Of a stretch of 64,000 nt of DNA, positions 56,313 through 64,000 are shown piece by piece. Both the position numbers and the translations under genes were made by a program. The first letter of the stretch is position 1. Each line of letters opens with the position of its first letter. The notes beneath the pieces are model-generated. The model did no database searches. It saw only the letters and a program-made list of their open reading frames with translations, and was not told where the DNA came from. The stretch is from assembly GCA_050575255.1 (NCBI GenBank), contig JBNZDD010013672.1, forward strand, positions 3,045,475 through 3,109,474, written 5' to 3'. This DNA is from Harriotta raleighana. Lineage: Eukaryota.

Positions 56313-58515
56313 TCGACCGCCAGCAAGTGACATTTTAACCATATCTCCGAAGTGCCTGAGAGGACTTGAGTCGTGCCTTATTACGAGCAGCAGAACATTA
56401 TTTATCCAATACCTGTTGTCACTTGACGCCAGCAGTACTTGAATATGTTTCTGAGCATTGCACCATCACAGTCACACAAACCCGGTCAATGGGTCTTGAG
56501 TGTTGTCTCTCCCACCAGATTTGGGGAGTGACATGGGGGATGCAATGCTCATCTTGAATGCATAACTAGTGTGATGATGTGGGGGTGGGGGGTGGGGAGG
56601 AGACGAGGAGGGGAACCATTTATTCTCAAATAACTCCCATATGGGGACAAGGAGGACAACCATATCCAAAGGTGCTAATTTCTCCTCTCTGACTGAAGAG
56701 GACCTTTATTAATTTATGTAGATGATAATGCAAAGACATGGGGTGCAATGATTATGAAGTGGAATGATTTTCATTTGCTTTTACATTCTGCTTCTTCCAA
56801 GCCACATTTTATCTGTGACCAGTATTGCAGAGCAAGGAATGTACAGTCAAGGCACCATTCACAGAGTGCCTCATTCACAAACCCCAAAGTAATTTTATGT
56901 GGGCAGAATGAGCTGTTTGCCCACCCTCAGCCCTGTCATTTCAAAGAGGTAAATCAGTAAAATATGGCGCTGTTTCTCTCAACAACCCCAACAACAACAA
57001 AATTACATTTGTACAGCACCTTTCACGTCGGGAGGACGTCCCAAGGCGCTGGACAGTCAGTGTTTCAGACTGACTCATAAGTCAACCCGTAGAGAGGTGC
57101 ATGGCAGAACAACAGGAATAAATAGCTTTTCGTTTTACCGTTAGCTTTATAATCATTGCGCCTCCTGGGATAAACCTTTTTTTTAATATATTATATTTTA
57201 AAAACGAAAAAAAATTAGGCTTTTATTAAATTGTAGTAGTTTGATCTTGTCTGGGAATCTTGAGGTGATTTCACCAGCACACCTGTGGTGTGTATGTTAT
57301 CCACATGGTGCTTTCTGTAGTATACTTGTATGAAATTCTTGTACTGGTTCAGCTACTCTGTTTGGGCTTAGCTGCAGCCTGTATGACTGCAGACATCTAT
57401 CTAACCATCTATCCATATGTGTGTGTGCTCGTGTGCCCCTGTCATGTTTGAGGGTATAGCAGGAGGTGGGTGGAAATGTTAGATGGGGTGGTTGGGACCC
57501 TCTTTTAGGACGTGACCGCTTCTTTTTGTGTAAAAAAGAAAAGAAAATCACCACATGCAATCATTTTTTAAATATATATAATAGGAAGCGGAGTAAACTC
57601 GTGTTAAGTTTTTTTAAAATAAAGTCTGTTCCTGACTAGCAGAATAACTTTAGATCCAGGTAATCTCTGCACTGAAAGTGACACTGGGCTAATAAGGCCT
57701 CACACACTGGGTTTGTGAGAAATGGATGCTCGCTCAGCTCTGTGTGTGCATCTCCAAGAGTGCATATTACTGCTGCAGTGTAGGTCTTAGACTGACATTT
57801 TGGACAAATTTGGCGACTGAATGCTTTAAAGTGCCCGACTGGTTTATGGAGACCAGGAGGATGTGATGTCGCTAGGTGCTCTGTATATAAACAACGCTTT
57901 AAAGCGAAACAAAACAAAGCAAAACAAAAGCTGAAATTGTTCTCCGCTCGCCCCCTCACTTGCTCGCTCACTCGGTGGTGTTTAGTTTGTTTTTTCTTCT
58001 GCTCTCGGATTTTTGTTTCTCTTTCAAATAAGCCTGTCTGTTTTCAATTTTGTCTGTGTAGTTCTTTGTGTAATGTGTCAAACCGGCCCACTTGATGTGG
58101 GGAAACTATGCAATTGTTAGCCTTTGGGTATAAGCCTTTGTTTAATTGTAAATTGGTTATTCAATGTATTTTGTAACAATTTCAGTGCCTCCGAGCCAGA
58201 GAGTTCTGGTGGCCTATTTCCCCAGTGAGTGGGTTTAAGTGCTGTGGTTCAAATGGTTTTATGGTGGGATATTTGCCTTTACAACCATGTAGGGAGAGAG
58301 CAGATTTCATATTATTGCCTCAGTACTGGGAGTAAATATTTGTGTTACAGGCCAACAAAGCACAGCATTGACACCCAGCAGTAAAATTTGCCAAACTCAC
58401 TCATTGTTAACTGTACCAAACCTGCAGTTAATGTCCTGTCATTATAACCCCTTTCTGGTGTTTTTTTAATAATGTGTTCGTATCTCATTCAAATAAAATA
58501 TTCTTTATCCCACTG
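56313..58515 (+). other. Probable 3'UTR
   Basis: Repeat-poor AU/GU-rich stretch after the stop, with AATAAA at 57117, 57618 and 58492. Repeat density rises again after about 58620. Confidence 0.55.
58492..58497 (+). terminator. Candidate distal polyadenylation signal AATAAA
   Basis: AATAAA at the end of the unique UTR-like block, with upstream TGTA motifs and downstream T/GT-rich sequence. Confidence 0.45.
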
Positions 58516-58843
58516 TTAATGAATACTGTTGATTTCAGAAGACAATCCGATAACATCCCACCTTTGCTCCTTAGATTTGTGACACTGTGTGAACGTGAAT
58601 TGTATTGCATTGGTTACACACTCCATGGCTGTTTGTGAGACATTTCTGTGCACAAATTGGCTGCTGTGCTTGCCCATAAATACAGAGTTATTACACTTTA
58701 CAGAATATCCTGGGAAATGCTTTGAGACTACTCGATGATTGGGATAAGGTGCTGGGGTGGAGGAAGGTGTGGTGGGGGGAGGATCATTATATTATTAACA
58801 ACATCATCCCTGAGAGCCCCTGAGCACTTCAGAAATCAGATTA

Positions 58844-59016
58844 AAACGTGTTTTAACATTTTTATGTCTGCTTTTCAATCCAGCCGATCATTAGCTGGAA
58901 ATAGAATTTAGGTGTGGACTAAAATAGACTGAGAAATGAATTCAATGGATTAGACTGGGTAATTCACTGCATACCAGGATTAGAGAAAGGTTAGGATTCA
59001 GGGTAGGGTAGAATGA
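58844..59016. repeat. Unclassified ~173-bp repeat, copy 1
   Basis: Near-identical direct copy at 62439-62611. Confidence 0.8.
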
Positions 59017-60407
59017 TAACTCGAGACAATAACTCAGAGCTTGAAATCTAATAGAATTAAGTGGTTCCAGGAGAACTGCAGATGTTGCTCAATGGTTGAC
59101 CCCTAAAGCACCATTTACATTTATACAGCACCATTCTCATCATGAGGATATCCCAAAGCACTTCACACTGCTGGCTGGGCACCTGATCTGAGAAGCCAAA
59201 GGGTTGGAGAGGGGAAAGATGACCGAAAGCACAGTCAATGAAATATGTCTTGAGATGGACTTGAAACGAGGTGAGGGAAGGAGCGAGGGTCCATACACAG
59301 GCTCTGATGAATGGTCCGGTGCATTTGTCCCACTCTGTTCTAACTGTGTCCTCTGTGAGTGTTGTTAGTGAGTCAGTGGTTGGAGGGCATCAGTTTAAGA
59401 TAGTTAGCAAATAAAAAAAAATAACTTAGCCATTTCAATCCTGGACTGTTCGTGGGACACTGCTGCGTGAAATTAGCTGCCATGTTTCGCCCAGAAATAT
59501 ACAGTCAACTTTACAGTATATTCCGTGAAGTCTAGAAGATGTGAAAAGCGCTATATCAAATGCAAGGATTATTATTATTACAGTATTATGTTTCCTTGCA
59601 GTCTCCAGCTCTCTTCAGAAAGCAATCCAACCCAGGCTGTTTCCAATTATGACAAAATCTATTTATTTACAGAATTAAGTAAAGGCAGACAAAATAAAAA
59701 CTCTTGCATTTGCTGCAACACCTTTCATGTTGGGAGGAGATCTCAAAACACTTCACAAGATTTACTGTAAAATATAGTGACCAAGTATTTTGTAGGTGAA
59801 TGCAACTATCTTTGAGCACAGCCATGACCTACAAATAGCTTTGAAGTGAATGACTAATTTTTACTGGAGGATTGTTGGCCAGTCCACCAGGAAAAATTCT
59901 CTACTCTTTTCTAATAGTGCCATGGAACCTCGCCTTGATGTCTCATCTACAGCACTTCTGACAATTGAAGTCCTATATCAATCTTCTGTTCTGAGTTAAC
60001 TTTTTTTTTAAATGTAGTGGGACGGTGATTTACATGAAGTACCACCAATGTGGTATTCATCGCCGTATTCGATGCTCACAATGTGGTCACCTCTACATTG
60101 GGGAGACCAACCGCAGATTGTGTGATCGATTTGTGTTCTATCAACCATAAGCTTGCTCACACAGTCACTAGACTTTAGAGTTAAAAACTGTCAAGTGCGT
60201 TGAGGCTTTTCAACGACGTGATATGACCCCCCTATCAAAAGTAAGCGTGATTATTATAATAATGATTATAATAATACTTGCATTTGATATAGCGCTTTTC
60301 ACGTCTTCTAAATGTCTCGAAGCACTTCCCAGAATATACTGTAAAATTAATTGACTGTCTATTGACTGCATACATTACAATTTGGCGATCAGGAAAGTCA
60401 TCATATA

Positions 60408-60831
60408 CAGGTTGCCTCGGTTAACGTTTTTTCGTTATTACGTTGCTGATACATTGGGAATATATATTAATTTAACGTTGCAACATTCGCTATTACGTCA
60501 TCTCCAGCGGGTGGAAAGGGGGCATGACGATATTAGGACCTGGGAATGAGCCAGGCCAACAGCGAAAGAGAGAGCCAGCCGGCAGCGAGTGAGACTGGCA
60601 GCGAGTGTGTGAGCCTGGCAGACAGTCAGGGAGCAAGTGTGTGAGAGGGGCAAGCAGACAGGGAGTGTGTATAATGGTTTTTAAAAGAACATTTTGATGA
60701 AAAATGTCTAAAAGAACCTTAGTCGAGTTTTCACATTCATTCTTATGGGAAAAATGTATGAGTTTAACATTGTTTCGCTTAAAGTCGTACTTTTCATGAA
60801 CCAAACTACAACGTTAAGCGAGGTCTGCCTG
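60408..60831. mobile_element. Tigger-like MITE, family B
   Basis: TIRs CAGGTTGCCTCGGTTAACGTT / AACGTTAAGCGAGGTCTGCCTG with TA TSD; shares TTACGTTGCTGATACA with 25428-25688. Confidence 0.78.
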
Positions 60832-61818
60832 TATAACGACTGAAACCAATATCATGGGAGCACTTGCTAAAATTTCTAGCCGCTAGACTTGTTGGGATAC
60901 AAATGGATGCAAAAAAGGTAATGAGGAGCAAACAGGGAGATGGTTTTCAAACCAATCGTAAAAGCTTTTATAAATGTATTAAGATAAAGAGAATGGTCAA
61001 AGTCGTTAAAGACAGATGTAGATGAGACTATAACAGAAAATAAGAAATGCTTAACTGGTTAAATAAATACTTCATGACCGTTTTTACAGTAGATGGTGAG
61101 GACAAAATACCAGCCATGCAGGGGAACCTAAACATAAGTTTAGATTATAAGTCTAATATAACTTTAAAATTGATGATGGAGAAAATAATGTGATTCAAGA
61201 TTAACAAATTTCCAAGACCTGATAGTTTCCACTCCGGGGAAAGGTTAAAGGTAATAGGAGAGGAAATTGCAGGTGCATTCGTCATAATTTTCCAAAGCTC
61301 ACTCGATTCAAAAATTGTGCCTTTAGATTGGAAACTTGTGAATGAAGAGAGGGAGGGAGGAACCAGGAAACTACAGTCCTGTTATCTTAAGGTCAGTTGT
61401 AGGGAAAATACTGGAATCCATCATCAAGGATAGAGTGACTGAACACTTGTACAGGTATGAGCTTGTCAAAGGAATTCAGCATGGGTTTGTGAAGGATAGG
61501 TCATCTCTGACTCATCTAGTTGAATTTTCTATGGAGGTCACTAAAATGATGGATAAGAGCGTGTCTATGGATGTCAGTTATATTGACTATCACAAGGCAT
61601 TTATAATAATAATCCTTCCATTTTGATATAGCGCTTTTCATATTTTCTAGATGTCTCAAAGCGCTTCACAGAAAATATGAATTTAAACTCACGAGGATTG
61701 CAATCCAGCCATAGTCATGGGGGGCAGTTGTGCATTGTCAAAGTTTGCTGTCCTTCGGATGAGATGTTAAATTGAGGTCGTTTCTGCCCATTCAGATCAA
61801 TATTTAAAATCCCACAGC

Positions 61819-62093
61819 AATAACAATAATAATCCTTGCATTTGATATAGAGCTTTTCATGCCTTCTAGACGTCTCAAAGAGCTTCACAGAATATACTGT
61901 AAAGTGAATTGACTTTACTTGTGGGTGAACTGCAGCAGTCAATTGCGCACAGCAGTGTCCCACAAGGGAGAAATTATTATTAGGCATGTGGAGAAAACAA
62001 ACTTGCCCAAGGTTTTGCTCTGACCTGACTTGATTCGAACACAGGTCTCACACTTGTAAGGCGTGTGCTCTAACCACTGAGCTACAGGACTCC
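61819..62093 (-). mobile_element. tRNA-derived SINE nested in CR1
   Basis: Antisense tail through GCTCTAACCACTGAGCTACAGGACTCC. Confidence 0.85.
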
Positions 62094-62438
62094 CCAAATC
62101 TTTTAGAACCTTACTAAATAAGGTTTCACATAAAAGATTATTAGCTAAAATGGAAACACATGGAGTCAGAGGTAACCTTGTGACCTGGCTTGGTAATTGT
62201 TTGGGAAGCAAGAATCAGAGAGTAGGGATAAAGGGAACATTCCCTGATTGGCAGGATGTGACAAGCACTGGCCGCCAAGGGTCTGGGACCTCAGCTATTT
62301 GTCATATATATATAAATTGTTTGGATGAAGGAATAGAATGTTTTATATTCAAATTTGCAGTCAACATTAAGCAAGGAGGCTTAGTAAATTTTGTAGGTGG
62401 GAGTAGGAAGTTACAAAGGGGCTTTGACAGATTAAGTG

Positions 62439-62611
62439 AAACGTGTTTTAACATTTTTACGTGTATTTTTCATTCCAGCCAATCGTTAGCTGGGAATAGA
62501 ATTTAGGTGTAGACTAAAATAGACTGAGAAATGAATTCATTAGATTAGCATGGGTAATTCACTGCATACCAGGATTAGAGAAAAGTTACGATTCAGGGTA
62601 GGGTAGAATGA
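62439..62611. repeat. Unclassified ~173-bp repeat, copy 2, inserted in CR1
   Basis: Direct copy of 58844-59016 that interrupts CR1 ORF2. Confidence 0.8.
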
Positions 62612-63227
62612 CTAGGACACAGTATTAACTGAGCAGGCAAAACCATGGGAGATTGAGTTAAATGTAGGGAAGTGCAAGGTCATCCACTATGGAAGTAAAA
62701 AGATAAAGCAGAATATATTCTTAATGGGAAGAAATTAAGAGATGTGGAGAAGCAAGGAGGTTTGGGTGTCCATATCCACAAATCACTAAAAACTAGTTCC
62801 CAGGGGCAAAAGGTAATCAAAAAGGCAAATTGAATGTTAGCTTTTATCTCGAGAAGCCTGGAATACAAAGGGGAAGAAATGATGTTTCAGCTATATAGTG
62901 TTAGTCAGACCCCATCCGAAGACTGCGTTCAGTTTTCGGCGCCACACCTTAGGAAAGATATATTGGCCCTGGAGGGAGAGCTGTGCAAGTTTTTACCAGG
63001 CCTAAAAGGGTTAAGTTACAAGGAAAAGATGAGTAAACCTGGATTGTATTCACTTGAGTTTAGAAGATTGAGGGGTTATTTGATTGAGGGTTAAGATGAT
63101 AAAGGGCTTTGATTAGAGTAGGTACATTGGTGGGGGAATCCAAAATAATGGGGCATTGTCTTAAAATTAACCCCAGGCCATTTAAGAGTGAAATCAGGAT
63201 GTATTGTTTAACTGAAAGGGTGGTAGA

Positions 63228-63484
63228 AATAATAATAATAATAATCCTTGCATTTTCACATCTTCTAGACCTCTCAAAGCACTTCACAAATATACTGTAA
63301 AGTGAATAGATGTATACATGTGGGTAAAATGCAGCAACCAATTGCACACAACAGAGTCCCACAAACAGGCATGGATTGAAATGACCAATTTATTATTGTT
63401 TTTTGTGGGGGATTATTATTGGGTGTTTGGCATAAGGAAACTTGCCCAAGGTTTCGTCCTGCCTGGAATTGAACCCATGTCTCC
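63228..63484 (-). mobile_element. tRNA-derived SINE nested in CR1, 5'-truncated
   Basis: (AAT)n tail through GGAATTGAACCCATGTCTC; CR1 sequence resumes afterwards. Confidence 0.82.
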
Positions 63485-64000
63485 TGCTGGAAAAATCTGG
63501 ACTTCTCTCCCCCAAAAGGCTGTGGATGCTGGATCCATCCACACCTTAAAGTAAGGTTGATAGATTTTTGGTAAATCAGAGTGTTAACATATATGGGGAG
63601 AAAAGAGAAATTGTAATTGAAAGGATTTGTTGGGGTTCATATCAGCCCAGATTTAGTTAAAGGGTGGAATAGGCTTGAAGGGCTGAATGTCCTACTCCTG
63701 TGCCTTATTCCTATGTTCCTATATCTTATTAGAGTGCTACACAGCACTCTGGAAGCAACAGCAAAATAAGCCTTCCACTCCTCAAACCCTGTGACTATCA
63801 CATGAATTTAGATTAAATAGAAGTGTCCATCTCGGATACTTACAAGGAAACCATTCAGAACTGTTTGGAACTAACAAGTTTCAACTTCCGGGTGGCGTAT
63901 TGACCAAATGCCTCTGAAAGATTCCATTATCTGATCACAACGAGTTGGTTGTATGGCAGTTAGATTTTACTAATTGATCACGAGGAGTGGGGGAATCCAT

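Larger units (their letters stand above)
60905..63730 (+). mobile_element. Decayed CR1 LINE (ORF2 RT region to 3' tail) with nested insertions
   Basis: KRGREEPGNYSPV..SVVGKILESII..QHGFVKDRSSLTHLVEF, HGVRGNLVTWLGN and LYSLEFRRLRG, with many frameshifts; tail GGGCTGAATG.CCTACTCCTG..CCTATGTTCCTAT. Confidence 0.85.

Noticed and set aside
60905-63730. Reverse-transcriptase-like ORFs as a functional or domesticated gene
   Set aside because: Multiple stops, frameshifts and nested insertions mark this as an ordinary dead CR1 copy.
1-64000. CRISPR array or other prokaryotic systems
   Set aside because: There is no regularly spaced repeat-spacer array and no operon-like ORFs; the sequence is spliced vertebrate DNA with dispersed repeats.

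Overview
This is eukaryotic (vertebrate) genomic DNA. The repeat content (tRNA-derived DeuSINE-type SINEs with (ATT)n tails, L2 and CR1 LINEs, Penelope-type fragments) points to a cartilaginous fish, probably a chimaera; this is inference. The window holds the 3' part of one + strand gene of the FREM2/FREM3 family, FRAS1-related extracellular matrix protein, with a full-length FREM2-type architecture. I traced 20 coding exons (7040-56312), equivalent to human FREM2 exons 5-24. All have GT-AG boundaries and join in one frame: 3857 nt plus 1 nt from the upstream exon, about 1285 aa. They encode Calx-beta domains 2-5, the conserved C-terminal ectodomain, furin-type sites, a transmembrane helix and a PDZ-binding DSSEV end. 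A 3'UTR of about 2.2 kb follows. The rest is introns and 3' flank rich in SINEs, LINE fragments and TA-targeting MITEs. Nearly all other ORFs in the track are spurious or repeat-derived. No new protein-coding system is evident. The most unusual signals are non-coding: (1) a CpG-rich pogo/Tigger-like end carrying an octamer plus a perfect Staf/ZNF143 site; (2) a TSD-flanked Penelope-type retrocopy cut inside a hammerhead ribozyme motif; (3) stop-containing candidate exons in unique intron-6 sequence; (4) a 62-bp perfect hairpin; (5) MITEs repeatedly nested in SINEs; (6) two unclassified repeat families. Two N-flanked duplications look like assembly artefacts. Exon coordinates are base-counted, repeat boundaries are approximate, and all comparisons to known sequences are from memory.
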